From: Patescibacteria group bacterium
GTDB lineage: Bacteria > Patescibacteriota > WWE3 > UBA101185 > UBA10185
Reading direction: 5' to 3'
DNA: 64,000 nt
Assembly: GCA_049322215.1 (NCBI GenBank)
Contig: JBMORU010000001.1
Location: 644,023 to 708,022 of the forward strand
The notes under the pieces were generated by a model. That model made no database searches. It saw only the letters and a program-made list of their open reading frames with translations, and was not told the origin of the DNA. Positions 19,384-30,096 of this stretch are shown here, piece by piece. The position numbers and the translations under genes are program-made. Within the stretch, counting starts at the first letter, position 1, and each line of letters opens with the position of its first letter.

Positions 19384-19406
19384 TGTTATGACAACATATC
19401 CTGTCT

Positions 19407-22277
19407 ATGAGTACACAAACTGATCCCGCGACTTCTAAAGTTGATGTTTCGGAAATTTTATCTAATCCAAGCGTTAAACAAGTTAAAAAAAGAGATGGTC
19501 GAGTAGTAAAGTTTGATAGAAACAAAATTGAGATTGCTATTAAACGCGCGTTTGAATCCTCTAGTTTTCCTTTTACTGATTCTCTAGTAGTAAGCATTAC
19601 TGATAATGTAGTTATTTCCTTAAGCGAATCCTTCGGAGATTCTGTCCCTAATATTGAAGCTATTCAAGATTTGGTAGAAAAGTACATAGCTGATGCTGGG
19701 TTTTTTGAAGTTTCACGTTCGTACATTTTGTATCGACAGCGTCACGCTGAGTTAAGGGAACAACAAAAAAAAGAACTTGATGAAATTAACATAAGGGTAA
19801 GAACACGTTCGGGAGAATTAATTCCTTTAGATTTTAAAGAAATTGAATCTACCCTAAGAAGTAATTTTGCAGATATAGAGAATAAAGAAGATCTATATGA
19901 AATCATGGAAGATATACGTAGAAGTGTATTTGATGGAATTTCAACAGAAGAAATCACCCAATCTATTATTTTAGCAGCTAGAGCAAGGATCGAAAGAGAT
20001 CCAGTTTACTCCAAAATTTGCGCGCGTCTTGTTTTAAACGACATCTATAAACAAGTTCTTGGATTAACAGCATTTGATGAAAATTTTGGTTCTGCCTATA
20101 TAGAAAACTTTAAGACTAGCATACAAAACGGGGTTGATGCTAAAAGACTAAATCCTGAAATGCTTAAGTATGACTTTAAACTTTTATCTAGTGCAATTGA
20201 TCAGAGTAGGGATTACAACTTTAAGTACCTTGGAATTCAGACCTTAGTAGATAAATATTTTGTTCGGGATGCAAATAGAACTCTTTTAGAACTTCCACAG
20301 TATTTTTGGATGCGAATAGCCATGGGTTTAGCAATAGATGAGAAAAAGAAAGACAAGCAGCGAGAAAAAAAAGCAATAGAGTTTTATCACTTAATGTCTC
20401 AACTGCTTTATGTTCCTTCTACTCCTACCTTGTTACATTCTGGTCATATTCATGCTCAAATGAGTTCTTGCTATTTAATGACTGTAGAAGACGAGTTACA
20501 GCACATTTTCAAAAGCTATAACGATCAGGCGCATTTATCTAAATGGTCAGGTGGTCTGGGAATTGACTGGACAAATATACGTGCAACTGGTGCCTTAATT
20601 AAAACTATAAACGTACCAAGCCAGGGGCTAATTCCCTTCTTAAAAATTTGTGATACAACTACCGCTTCAATAAATCGTAGTGGTAAAAGAAGAGGCGCAG
20701 CCGTTGTTTATGTAGAACCCTGGCATTTCGATGTTGAGTCATTTTTGGAGTTAAGAAAAAACACGGGCGATGACAGACGCAGAACACACGATACAAACAC
20801 CGCTTTATGGATTCCTGACTTATTTATGAAACGCGTAATTTCTAACGAAAAATGGACTTTATTTTCTCCTGAAGAAACACCGGATTTACACCATATTTAT
20901 GGCAAAGCCTTTGAAGAAAAATATGAATATTATGAAAAGTGCGCAGAAAAAGGGGAGATGCGCCTATTCAAAGAAATGAATGCACGCGATTTATGGAGGA
21001 AAATGGTCACAATGTTGTTTGAAACAGGGCATCCCTGGATGACTTTTAAGGACCCATGTAATATAAGGTCTCCGCAAGATCATGTGGGCGTAGTTCACAG
21101 TTCTAACCTATGCACTGAAATTACTCTTAATACTTCAAGGGACGAAACCGCAGTATGTAACCTGGGTTCTATAAACTTATCTAATCATGTTACAAAAGAC
21201 GGTACTTTAGATAAAAGCTTATTGGCTAATACAGTTAAAACATCTATGAGAATGCTAGACAATGTAATAGATCAAAATTTTTATCCAACAAAAGAAGCTA
21301 AAAACTCTAATTTACGTCATCGTCCCGTTGGGTTGGGAATAATGGGACTGCAAGATACTTTATACAAACTTGGTTTGTACTTCGACAGCGAACAAGCAGT
21401 TAAATTATCTGATGAAATTCAGGAATTTGTTTCGTATCACGCAATATTGGCATCTTCAATGCTAGCCCAGGAGCGTGGATCTTACTCAAGCTATAAAGGA
21501 TCTAAGTGGGATAGAAACTTATTTCCACTTGATACTTTTAGATTAATGGAGAAGGAGCGTGGTGTTAGAACCAATATAGACTTGAATTCCAGCTTGGATT
21601 GGAGTGTAGTAAGGGATCATGTTAAAAAGCACGGAATGCGCAATTCAAATACTATGGCTATAGCTCCCACAGCAACCATTGCAAATATTTCAGGCTGCTA
21701 CCCTTCTATTGAGCCTATATATAGAAATCTATATGTTAAGTCTAATATGGTAGGAGAATTTGCCGTTGTAAATGAATACTTAATCGAAGATTTAAAACAG
21801 CAAGGCTTATGGAATGCACAAATGCTTGATCGTATTAAGCAAAATGATGGGGATATACAAGCAATTACAGAAATACCTATTCATATCAGAGCAAAATACA
21901 AAGGGGTATTTGAAATTGATGTGGCTTGGATAATTAGACACGCCGCTTTTAGAACCAAATGGATTGATCAGAGTCAGTCAATAAATATTTTTATTGCAAC
22001 AACTAAAGGTAGTGTTTTGTCTGACACTTATATTAATGCGTGGAAATCTGGATTAAAAACCACTTACTATTTAAGAACATTAGGTGCTTCTGCTATAGAA
22101 AAAAGCACAGTAGCCTTAGGAGGGACGTCGCAACCTAAAGATGAGTTTAATGTTCCACTTGATATGGTTCCACAGCATTCTATAGGGGTTATGCCTGATT
22201 CTGCGGTAGAGGTGCCAAGCACTTTAGTAACGAACGCATGTCGAATCGATGATCCAACATGTGAGTCTTGCCAGTAA
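19407..22277 (+). CDS. nrdA: Class Ia ribonucleoside-diphosphate reductase alpha subunit with N-terminal ATP-cone
   Basis: ATP-cone (VKKRDGRVVKFDRNKIEIAIKRAF). Active-site NLCTEITL. C-terminal Cys pair (CESCQ). 956 aa. Confidence 0.9.
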   Translation: MSTQTDPATSKVDVSEILSNPSVKQVKKRDGRVVKFDRNKIEIAIKRAFESSSFPFTDSLVVSITDNVVISLSESFGDSVPNIEAIQDLVEKYIADAGFFEVSRSYILYRQRHAELREQQKKELDEINIRVRTRSGELIPLDFKEIESTLRSNFADIENKEDLYEIMEDIRRSVFDGISTEEITQSIILAARARIERDPVYSKICARLVLNDIYKQVLGLTAFDENFGSAYIENFKTSIQNGVDAKRLNPEMLKYDFKLLSSAIDQSRDYNFKYLGIQTLVDKYFVRDANRTLLELPQYFWMRIAMGLAIDEKKKDKQREKKAIEFYHLMSQLLYVPSTPTLLHSGHIHAQMSSCYLMTVEDELQHIFKSYNDQAHLSKWSGGLGIDWTNIRATGALIKTINVPSQGLIPFLKICDTTTASINRSGKRRGAAVVYVEPWHFDVESFLELRKNTGDDRRRTHDTNTALWIPDLFMKRVISNEKWTLFSPEETPDLHHIYGKAFEEKYEYYEKCAEKGEMRLFKEMNARDLWRKMVTMLFETGHPWMTFKDPCNIRSPQDHVGVVHSSNLCTEITLNTSRDETAVCNLGSINLSNHVTKDGTLDKSLLANTVKTSMRMLDNVIDQNFYPTKEAKNSNLRHRPVGLGIMGLQDTLYKLGLYFDSEQAVKLSDEIQEFVSYHAILASSMLAQERGSYSSYKGSKWDRNLFPLDTFRLMEKERGVRTNIDLNSSLDWSVVRDHVKKHGMRNSNTMAIAPTATIANISGCYPSIEPIYRNLYVKSNMVGEFAVVNEYLIEDLKQQGLWNAQMLDRIKQNDGDIQAITEIPIHIRAKYKGVFEIDVAWIIRHAAFRTKWIDQSQSINIFIATTKGSVLSDTYINAWKSGLKTTYYLRTLGASAIEKSTVALGGTSQPKDEFNVPLDMVPQHSIGVMPDSAVEVPSTLVTNACRIDDPTCESCQ

Positions 22278-22338
22278 ATACTAGGCGGGAGTGTTCACGG
22301 GGCACTCCCTTTTTGTAGAAATTTATAAAAAGGTATAC

Positions 22339-23340
22339 ATGAGTGTAAAAAAAGCAATTCTAAACAACGAAACAACCGATCCAAATAAAATTTTACCTAT
22401 AAGGTATAAGTGGGCTAGAGAGCACTACAAAACAGGTGTAGCAAACAACTGGGTGCCTGAGGAAGTTAATATGCAACAAGATGTAGAACAGTGGAAAACA
22501 CCAGGAGTACTAACTGAAGATGAAAGACGCTTGGTGATGTGGAATATGGGATTTTTTTCTACAGCAGAGAGTCTTACAGCAAATAATATAGTATTAGCTA
22601 TATATAACCATATTACTAATCCTGAGTGTCGCCAATATTTATTACGTCAAGCTTACGAAGAAGCAATTCACACAGACACTTTCATTTATAGCTGTGATAC
22701 TTTAGGTCTAGATCCTGATGATGTTTATACAATGTATGAACGAATTCCAAGCATAAAAGCTAAAGACGATTTCGTTATAAACATGACAAAATCCGTTTTA
22801 GACCCTGGATTTACTACTGTAGGTAAAGATAATATTCAGGCATTTATACATGATTTAGTTGGCTATTACATAATAATGGAAGGGATTTTCTTTTATGCTG
22901 GTTTTGCAATGATGCTCTCTATGATGCGTCAAAACAAAATGGTTGGTGTAGGTGAGCAGTTTCAATTTATTTTGCGAGATGAGTCTATTCACTTGGCTTT
23001 TGGTAGAGATTTAATAAACACTATAGTAGACGAAAACCCAGAAGTTTGGACAAAAGACTTACAAGACATAATTGTAGAAAATATTAAAAAAGCGGTAGAC
23101 CTTGAAATTGCTTATGCAAGGGATTCGCTGCCCAGGGGTATTGTTGGCTTAACTACTGATGTAGTAGAAGGTTACTTAAAATATACGGCAGATAGGCGTT
23201 TAGAAAGTATTAGATTACAAAAAATATACGATGCACGAAACACCATGCCTTGGATGAGTGAAATGATGGATATTCGCAAAGAAAAAAACTTCTTTGAAAC
23301 TCGTGTAACAGAATATCAAGTAGGTACTCTAGAATGGTAG
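22339..23340 (+). CDS. nrdB: Ribonucleoside-diphosphate reductase beta subunit (R2, di-iron)
   Basis: Immediately downstream of nrdA. Ferritin-like iron-ligand segments (EEAIHTDTF, ESIHLAF). Start ATG 22339 (MSVKKAIL). Confidence 0.85.
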   Translation: MSVKKAILNNETTDPNKILPIRYKWAREHYKTGVANNWVPEEVNMQQDVEQWKTPGVLTEDERRLVMWNMGFFSTAESLTANNIVLAIYNHITNPECRQYLLRQAYEEAIHTDTFIYSCDTLGLDPDDVYTMYERIPSIKAKDDFVINMTKSVLDPGFTTVGKDNIQAFIHDLVGYYIIMEGIFFYAGFAMMLSMMRQNKMVGVGEQFQFILRDESIHLAFGRDLINTIVDENPEVWTKDLQDIIVENIKKAVDLEIAYARDSLPRGIVGLTTDVVEGYLKYTADRRLESIRLQKIYDARNTMPWMSEMMDIRKEKNFFETRVTEYQVGTLEW

Positions 23341-23692
23341 GAAATGCTATAAGCAAATCATCAATATTCTTTCTACTACTATTATTTGGCATTTCATTAG
23401 TATTGGTTAGTGTTTTAGTTTATCGTGCAAATCACAGTACTCAAGTATTAGGTACAAGCGTTTATCTTGAAGGTATGTAAACGCTGATATAACAATAATA
23501 TCTTGCTTTTAAAATACGCCTTTGTTAGTATCTGATTATGCTAGAAGATATAATTGACGCTTTATTTGCACCTGTATATATAATATTTGATTTAATGGAA
23601 GTCCTTATGAAGGATATTTTAGGTTAACGTTTTATTAGTTGATGGTGCTTCTTATACTGTAAAAACACGCACTTCCAGCTATAGTTGTAAAC

Positions 23693-26566
23693 ATGTTTAA
23701 TGAATTGGACCAAGGTAAAAAAATACCAGAACTTGAAGAAGCTACGCTAAAGTTTTGGAAAGATAAAAAAATATTTGATAAATCTGTGAATCAGAGGTCA
23801 GCTGAGGATTTATATGTTTTTTATGATGGCCCCCCTTTTATTTCGGGATTACCGCACCCTGGGCATTTGCTTGCGTCTGTAGCTAAAGATTTAATACCAA
23901 GATATTGGACCATGAAAGGTAAAAGGGTTGAGCGTGTATGGGGCTGGGATGCTCACGGTTTAACGGTAGAAAGCAAAGTTCAAAAAGAACTTGGTATAAA
24001 AAACAGACGAGATATAGAATCTTATGGTTTAGAAAAGTTTACTACTGCTTGCTATAAATATACTTCCGAAACTTCTGCTGAGTGGCCATGGTACATAGAT
24101 AAAATAGGACGTTGGGTAGATATGGAAAATGCCTATAAAACAATAGACGCACCATACATGGAAAGCGTAATGTGGGCATTTAAGCAGCTTTATGACAAGG
24201 GTTTAATTTACGAAGGTGTAAGAACTTCTTTATATTGCACTACTTGTGGTACTCCGGTTTCTAATTTTGAAGTAGCAATGGATAATACTTACAAAGATGT
24301 TGAAGATCCTGCAGTTACAGTTAAATTCAAAGTAACAAGTGACGGTGAGTTTAAAAATTCAAACATACTTGCCTGGACCACTACTCCATGGACATTACCA
24401 TCAAATAGAGCTTTGGTTGTTGCTTCTGACGAAACCTACATTCAAGCTAAAATAGAAAATGAAATTTATATTGTGGCTCAAAATTTAGCTAAGAGTGTTT
24501 TTGAAAACCAGGCCTATTCAACTGAAAGTACTTTTTTAGGTAAAGAGCTTATTGGGTTGGCTTATGAGCCTTTATACACCTTTTTTGCATTTACAAATAA
24601 GGAATTTAAAGTTTACTCATATGAAGGTATGGCCAATGTTATAGAAGGTACAGGTATTGTTCATTCAGCACCTGGTTTTGGTGAAGTAGATACAGAAATG
24701 GGTATGGAAAACGACTTAACTGTAATGCTTACTATAGATAACGAAGGTAAATTTATAAAAGGTAATAACGGAATAAACCCCTTTGAGGGAATGTTTTATA
24801 TCAAAGCCAATAAGTACATACGTGAAGATTTAAAAGAAAGGAATTTGCTCTTTAAAGATTCTACTATTGTACACCGCTTTCCATATCACGATAGATGTAA
24901 CACAAACCTTATACAAAGAGCTCAAAATTCCTGGTTTATAAACGTGGCGGATTTAAAAGAGGACTTAATCAAAAATAATCAAGATATAAATTGGGTTCCA
25001 GCTCATTTAAAGCATAACCGATTTGAAAAAGGTATAGAACAAGCTCCTGACTGGTGCATATCACGTAGTAGATTTTGGGCAACCCCAATGCCTGTTTGGG
25101 AAGCTGAAGACGGCAGCAGGCTAGTTGTAGGTTCAATTAAAGAGTTAGAAGAACTATCGGGGCAAAGAGTTAAGGATTTACACAGACCATTCATAGACGA
25201 AATAACAATAGAAAAAGATGGAAAGGTTTATAAAAGATTACCTGAAGTATTAGATTCGTGGTTTGAAGCAGGCTCCATGCCATATGCAAGTATTCACTAC
25301 CCATTTGAAAACAAAGATAAGTTTGAAAGTCATTATCCAGGGGATTACATTGTAGAGTACATAGCACAAACACGCGCCTGGTTTTATGTAATGCATGTGT
25401 TGTCGACTGCTCTTTTTGAATCAAATTCTTTTAAAAATGTGATAGGAACGGGTGTTATGGCAGGTAATGACGGTAGGAAAATGAGTAAAACTTATGGAAA
25501 TTATACTGATCCTAAAGAAATATTAAACACAATAGGCGGAGACGCTTTGCGTTTATTCTTAATGAATTCACCTTTAATGCTTGGTGATAACGCTAACTTT
25601 GATGATCAAGAAATAAAAACTAAATCGAGGCGTGTTCTTAATCCTTTATTAAATTCGGCTAACTTTTTAATAACCTATGCAAATGCTAATAATTGGCTTC
25701 CTTCTACCTTGGTTAAATCAACTAATCTTTTAGATAAATGGGTGGTTGTTCGTTTACATGAAGTTATAAAAGACGTTTCAACATATATAGAAGACTATAA
25801 TATTCCTCCTGCAGTTGAAGCAGCTGAGCAGTTTGTAGACGATTTATCCCGTTGGTATGTTAGAAGATCGCGCGACAGAATTTCTAGTGGAGATGAAGAA
25901 GCACTATCAACTTTATATTATGTTTTAAGGGAATACTCAAAAGCGGTAGCACCAATAGTACCTTTTATAGCTGAAGCGATTTATCAAAATGTAGTGGTTT
26001 CTGTAGACGGAGATGCCGCGGAATCTGTTCATTTAGAATTATATCCTAACTATGACGTTGAACTAATTAATTCTTCAGAGAGTTTACTCAAAGAAATGGA
26101 AATAATAAGAGATATTGCATCCTTAGGTAATGCCTTGCGTGTAGAATCTTCTATTTCGGTTAGACAACCTCTAAATGCTATTCAAGTGGTAACAGACTAC
26201 GATGTAGATAAGCATTTTTTTGACATATTAAAAGACGAATTAAATGTGAAAAATATAGAAGTTGTTGACTCTTTAAGAAAAGAAGATGGTTGGATATCTC
26301 AGGAAAGCAAAGGAATAACTGTATCTTTAGATACCAATATAACTGAGGAGTTACGTATTGAAGGTTTGGCTCGTGCAATGGTTAGGACATTTCAGGAATT
26401 AAGAAAGAAAAACGATTTAGTAGTAAGTGATGTAATAGAGGCCACTTATGAGGATAAAGAAGATAACGAAAAGGTTGTTAAAATGTATGGAGATGAGATC
26501 CGATCAAAAATATTAGCAGAATCATTAAAGCCTGGTAATGAATACTCAGTTTTTAAAAAAGCTTAA
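23693..26566 (+). CDS. ileS: Isoleucyl-tRNA synthetase, type 2 (eukaryote-like)
   Basis: HIGH-region PHPGHLLASV. GWDAHGL motif. KMSKS as KMSKTYGN. Anticodon-binding motif SRWYVRRSRDR. 957 aa with no C-terminal Zn-finger extension. Confidence 0.85.
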   Translation: MFNELDQGKKIPELEEATLKFWKDKKIFDKSVNQRSAEDLYVFYDGPPFISGLPHPGHLLASVAKDLIPRYWTMKGKRVERVWGWDAHGLTVESKVQKELGIKNRRDIESYGLEKFTTACYKYTSETSAEWPWYIDKIGRWVDMENAYKTIDAPYMESVMWAFKQLYDKGLIYEGVRTSLYCTTCGTPVSNFEVAMDNTYKDVEDPAVTVKFKVTSDGEFKNSNILAWTTTPWTLPSNRALVVASDETYIQAKIENEIYIVAQNLAKSVFENQAYSTESTFLGKELIGLAYEPLYTFFAFTNKEFKVYSYEGMANVIEGTGIVHSAPGFGEVDTEMGMENDLTVMLTIDNEGKFIKGNNGINPFEGMFYIKANKYIREDLKERNLLFKDSTIVHRFPYHDRCNTNLIQRAQNSWFINVADLKEDLIKNNQDINWVPAHLKHNRFEKGIEQAPDWCISRSRFWATPMPVWEAEDGSRLVVGSIKELEELSGQRVKDLHRPFIDEITIEKDGKVYKRLPEVLDSWFEAGSMPYASIHYPFENKDKFESHYPGDYIVEYIAQTRAWFYVMHVLSTALFESNSFKNVIGTGVMAGNDGRKMSKTYGNYTDPKEILNTIGGDALRLFLMNSPLMLGDNANFDDQEIKTKSRRVLNPLLNSANFLITYANANNWLPSTLVKSTNLLDKWVVVRLHEVIKDVSTYIEDYNIPPAVEAAEQFVDDLSRWYVRRSRDRISSGDEEALSTLYYVLREYSKAVAPIVPFIAEAIYQNVVVSVDGDAAESVHLELYPNYDVELINSSESLLKEMEIIRDIASLGNALRVESSISVRQPLNAIQVVTDYDVDKHFFDILKDELNVKNIEVVDSLRKEDGWISQESKGITVSLDTNITEELRIEGLARAMVRTFQELRKKNDLVVSDVIEATYEDKEDNEKVVKMYGDEIRSKILAESLKPGNEYSVFKKA

Positions 26567-27602
26567 TTTAGCATTATTAATTCTCCCCATTTTAATTTTT
26601 TTATTGGGGGAATTAACCTTAATTTCTACAACTCCCGAGAGAGCCAGGACTCAAGGAACTTATTTTGTAGTAGGCATGCTGGGCTATGCTATTTTATCTT
26701 TTGTTGATTACGAATTACTTCGTCATTATTGGAAACCGCTTTACATTAGTGTATTACTATTGTTGATTTTAACTTTTTTTCTTGGAGAAATACGTTCAGG
26801 TTCTGCTCGTTGGATTGGTGCGGGGGGATTTACTTTTCAACCTTCAGAATTAGCAAAGCTTTCAATCATAGTTTCACTTGCAGCTTTATTATCTACCAAT
26901 AAAAATACTATTCACAAATTTAAGGAGTTACTAAGGCTTACAGGCCTGGTTGTTTTGTTAGTGGCATTTGTGTTTGTACAACCCGACTTAAGTACCTCGG
27001 TAATCATATTGCTAATATTTGTTGGGCTACTATTTTATAGTGGTTTGCATATTTATTACTTTTTGGCGGCTACGCTATGTATTGGTATATTTTCAACACC
27101 TTTGTGGAGTTTGCTACATGATTATCAAAAGGAGAGAATTTTGGTGTTTGTAAATCCCCAGTTAGACATTTTAGGTGCTGGATACAATGTAATTCAGTCA
27201 GTGATAGCTGTTGGTTCGGGGCAGCTGTTAGGTAGGGGATTTGGTAGAGGAACTCAGTCGCATCTTCAATTCTTACCTGCATACTGGACCGATTTTATAT
27301 TTGCTTCTTATGCAGAAGAATGGGGGTTTTTAGGGGTAGTTATGTTAATAATACTTTTTAGTTTGCTTTTGTTAACACTACTTTATGTTGCTTTTAAAGT
27401 TAAAGACACTTTTGGTAGCTTAATTAGCATTGGTGTGTTTGTTATGTTTTTTGGCCAATACCTAGTAAATGTAGGTATGAATATGGGTATAATGCCTGTC
27501 ACAGGGATACCTCTTCCATTGGTCTCATATGGAGGCACCTCGCTAGTAGTTTCATTATTAATGCTAGGAATTGTACAATCAGTATGGATCTACAAGCGTT
27601 AA
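26538..27602 (+). CDS. rodA: SEDS-family protein (RodA/FtsW paralogue)
   Basis: GSGQLLGRGFGRGTQSHLQFLPAYWTDFIFASYAEEWGF and PVTGIPLPLVSYGGTS motifs. Overlaps the ileS stop by 29 nt. Confidence 0.75.
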   Translation: MNTQFLKKLNLALLILPILIFLLGELTLISTTPERARTQGTYFVVGMLGYAILSFVDYELLRHYWKPLYISVLLLLILTFFLGEIRSGSARWIGAGGFTFQPSELAKLSIIVSLAALLSTNKNTIHKFKELLRLTGLVVLLVAFVFVQPDLSTSVIILLIFVGLLFYSGLHIYYFLAATLCIGIFSTPLWSLLHDYQKERILVFVNPQLDILGAGYNVIQSVIAVGSGQLLGRGFGRGTQSHLQFLPAYWTDFIFASYAEEWGFLGVVMLIILFSLLLLTLLYVAFKVKDTFGSLISIGVFVMFFGQYLVNVGMNMGIMPVTGIPLPLVSYGGTSLVVSLLMLGIVQSVWIYKR

Positions 27603-27654
27603 ATTGTAGTAACTTTTAATAAAAAAATTTTACTTAATATGGTATATTTTACAC

Positions 27655-29043
27655 ATGCCCGAATATATTGTTTCTCTTAACGACAATGCTTTAAAAGTAA
27701 GTTTAAATGATAAAAATGGTGTTGTCACCAGCTCTAGAGATCTTTCAAAAGATCTAGCCTCTGGTTCCCGCATAAAAAATTCTGAGCTTGTTTCAAAAGT
27801 GTTGTTAGAAATGATTTCTGAAATGTCAGGCCCAAAGCTTAAAAGGCTTCCTCTTAACTTTTTGGTTGAACCTCAAGACGTTTACTTACACTTTATTACT
27901 GTTAACAAAAACAATTTTAATGTGGAAGAGGAAATTATTAAAGAAGCACGTGAAAAAATCACAAATGTACCTTTAGAGGATTTGTACTTTTCTTATCAAA
28001 AAATAGCCCCCTTTGTGTATCAGTTTGTAGCAGTGGATAAGCATTTGCTTGAGGACTTGCTAAAAATAGCAAGTTATATGGAATTTAGTATTTCTACAGT
28101 ATCTCCTTGGGTTTTAATGCTTCCTAAATTTTTAAAACTAAATGAACCTTGTATATTTGTTTCCAAAACATCAAACAAGCAAGTGGTTGCTTTATCTGAA
28201 ATGAATGGAATCTATTACTCAGCGGCCTACAGTAGCGAAAAAACTATGGATGATTTGCAAGAGCTAGTTAAGAAACTGTCTGTGTATAAAAGGCATCAGC
28301 CAATTAACAAAATTTACGCTATAAACTATGAGTCATTTAGTCTGGATCCCAACTACGAGGTAATTGACCTGTCTGTACAAGGAAGTGATATGTCTGACCT
28401 TAAGGGATTTGAGATTCATATGGTATATGAATCCCTATTGCAAGAAGATCCCGAACTTTTTAGAACTCAAATAAACTTGCTTAACTTGTTGCCTTTGCCT
28501 GTGATTTCAAGAAAACCCTCTCCAGTTATTTATGCTGGTGGCGCTATAGTTGTAGCTAGTATAGTCGCGGCTGTGCTTTTTGGCGCAACTGGTTTAGTTT
28601 CGTTACCCGGGTTTAACAGAGCTCCTGCTAAAACAGAAATTGCCCAAGTTACCGAAGAAAATTCTGAAACTGCAGTGTTAAGTGAAGCAACAAACGGCGA
28701 AAACAACTCTGAAAATGACGCAAATAACAGCGAAACGTCTGAGGCAACACAAGTGGTATTAGAAAAAGACACCCTTAGTATTTATGTTGAAAATGCAGCC
28801 GGTGTAGCAGGTATTGCGGGGCGTACAAGAGATTATTTAGAAGAATTAGGCTATGTTGTAACCGATATTGGTAATGCTGATGAAGTAGGCCGTGCAAATA
28901 CTTTAATAAAGCTTAAAGACGCTAAACTTGATTATAAAGACTTAATTACAAAAGACATGTCGTCTGAATACGATGTGGTAGTTGAGGGTGGTTTAGAAGA
29001 ATCATCTGAATACGATGTAGTTATTACTGTAGGTCTAAATTAA
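27655..29043 (+). CDS. Bitopic membrane protein: ~290-aa cytoplasmic domain, one TM, acidic Asn/Ser/Glu-rich linker, C-terminal LytR_C-like domain
   Basis: TM segment VIYAGGAIVVASIVAAVLFGATGLV. C-terminal segment LSIYVENAAGVAGIAGRTRDYLEELGYVVTDIGNADE...TLIKLKD resembles the LytR C-terminal domain. Any PilM/FtsA-like resemblance of the N-terminal domain is weak. Confidence 0.5.
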   Translation: MPEYIVSLNDNALKVSLNDKNGVVTSSRDLSKDLASGSRIKNSELVSKVLLEMISEMSGPKLKRLPLNFLVEPQDVYLHFITVNKNNFNVEEEIIKEAREKITNVPLEDLYFSYQKIAPFVYQFVAVDKHLLEDLLKIASYMEFSISTVSPWVLMLPKFLKLNEPCIFVSKTSNKQVVALSEMNGIYYSAAYSSEKTMDDLQELVKKLSVYKRHQPINKIYAINYESFSLDPNYEVIDLSVQGSDMSDLKGFEIHMVYESLLQEDPELFRTQINLLNLLPLPVISRKPSPVIYAGGAIVVASIVAAVLFGATGLVSLPGFNRAPAKTEIAQVTEENSETAVLSEATNGENNSENDANNSETSEATQVVLEKDTLSIYVENAAGVAGIAGRTRDYLEELGYVVTDIGNADEVGRANTLIKLKDAKLDYKDLITKDMSSEYDVVVEGGLEESSEYDVVITVGLN

Positions 29044-29357
29044 TGACAGACGAGTTAGATAATTCTTTTAACTGTGTAAATTGCCATAAAGAAATTACTT
29101 ATACAGCTTGGGGTACAAAACATCGTAATCATTGTCCCTTTTGCCTTTATTCTCTACATGTTGATAACGAGGTATCTGGAGATAGAGCCTCAAACTGTAG
29201 GGGAATAATGAAGCCTACAGGTAAAATGTACAAGTCAGATGGAGAAGAGGTTTTAGTACATACCTGTGAAAAGTGTGGGTTTGTACGAAAAAATAGAATA
29301 GCAGGAGATGACAATCCAGATTTGCTTTTAATTCTTCCCGAAGTAAGTGAAATTTAA
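29043..29357 (+). CDS. RNHCP-domain zinc-ribbon protein
   Basis: Contains the eponymous motif (TKHRNHCPFCLYSLH) plus flanking CxxC pairs (CVNCHK, CEKCGF). TAATG start/stop overlap with the upstream membrane protein. Confidence 0.6.
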   Translation: MTDELDNSFNCVNCHKEITYTAWGTKHRNHCPFCLYSLHVDNEVSGDRASNCRGIMKPTGKMYKSDGEEVLVHTCEKCGFVRKNRIAGDDNPDLLLILPEVSEI

Positions 29358-29419
29358 GTTTCTATAAGGCTTGAAACAATAGCTTCTTTGTAGTAACATT
29401 CCAATGCTGAAAGGTATCT

Positions 29420-29779
29420 ATGAAATACGCAATAGTAAAAATAGGTGGAAAACAATTAAAAGTAACTGAAGGTTATACCTTCGAAATAGAGCGCCAAAAT
29501 GGGGTTAACCTAGACGTTCTTTATTATACTGATGGTGATGAAATTTTAGTGGGTGATCCTTTTGTAAAAGATGTTGAGGTTAAAGCTTCTATTGAAGGTG
29601 AATCTAGAGGAGATAAGGTTCGTGTAGCTCGCTATAGAGCAAAATCTCGTTACCACAAAGTAAAAGGTCATAAACAGCCTTTAAGTATTGTGAAAGTAAC
29701 TTCTATATCTAAAAAAGCCTCTAAAGTAAAAGAACCAAAAAAAGAAGCTCCTGAAAAAAAGGAGAACAAGTCTAAGTAA
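29420..29779 (+). CDS. rplU: 50S ribosomal protein L21 with Lys-rich C-terminal extension
   Basis: MKYAIVKIGGKQLKVTEGYTFEIE is a classic L21 N-terminus. Basic tail KEPKKEAPEKKENKSK. Confidence 0.9.
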   Translation: MKYAIVKIGGKQLKVTEGYTFEIERQNGVNLDVLYYTDGDEILVGDPFVKDVEVKASIEGESRGDKVRVARYRAKSRYHKVKGHKQPLSIVKVTSISKKASKVKEPKKEAPEKKENKSK

Positions 29780-29835
29780 TTTGAATTAGATTTTAAGTAT
29801 TAGCAGTTAATGCTTAGAAACTGTAGAAAGTAATT

Positions 29836-30096
29836 ATGGCACATAAAAAAGCCGGTGGCTCAAAAGCAAAACAAGGTGGTAATGTCCGTGGAAAGCGTTT
29901 AGGCGTTAAGGTTTTTGGCGGTAGTGCTGTAAAAGCTGGGCAAATTATTGTTAGACAACGTGGCAGAACATTCATACCAGGAGATAACGTTGGTATGGGA
30001 AAAGATTTCACACTCTTTGCTAAAATTGCAGGTATTGTTAAGTTTTTAGATACTAGTGAAAAGCGTAAAAAAATTACAGTAGATCCAGCTTCTTAG
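29836..30096 (+). CDS. rpmA: 50S ribosomal protein L27
   Basis: [29 protein letters not shown]...IVRQRGRTF is near-invariant L27 sequence. Confidence 0.95.
   Translation: MAHKKAGGSKAKQGGNVRGKRLGVKVFGGSAVKAGQIIVRQRGRTFIPGDNVGMGKDFTLFAKIAGIVKFLDTSEKRKKITVDPAS

Noticed and set aside
23341-23692. T-box leader or small membrane peptide upstream of ileS
   Set aside because: No T-box consensus (AATTAGGGTGGTACCGCG-like) is visible. A ~45-codon hydrophobic frame exists but has no start codon or RBS.
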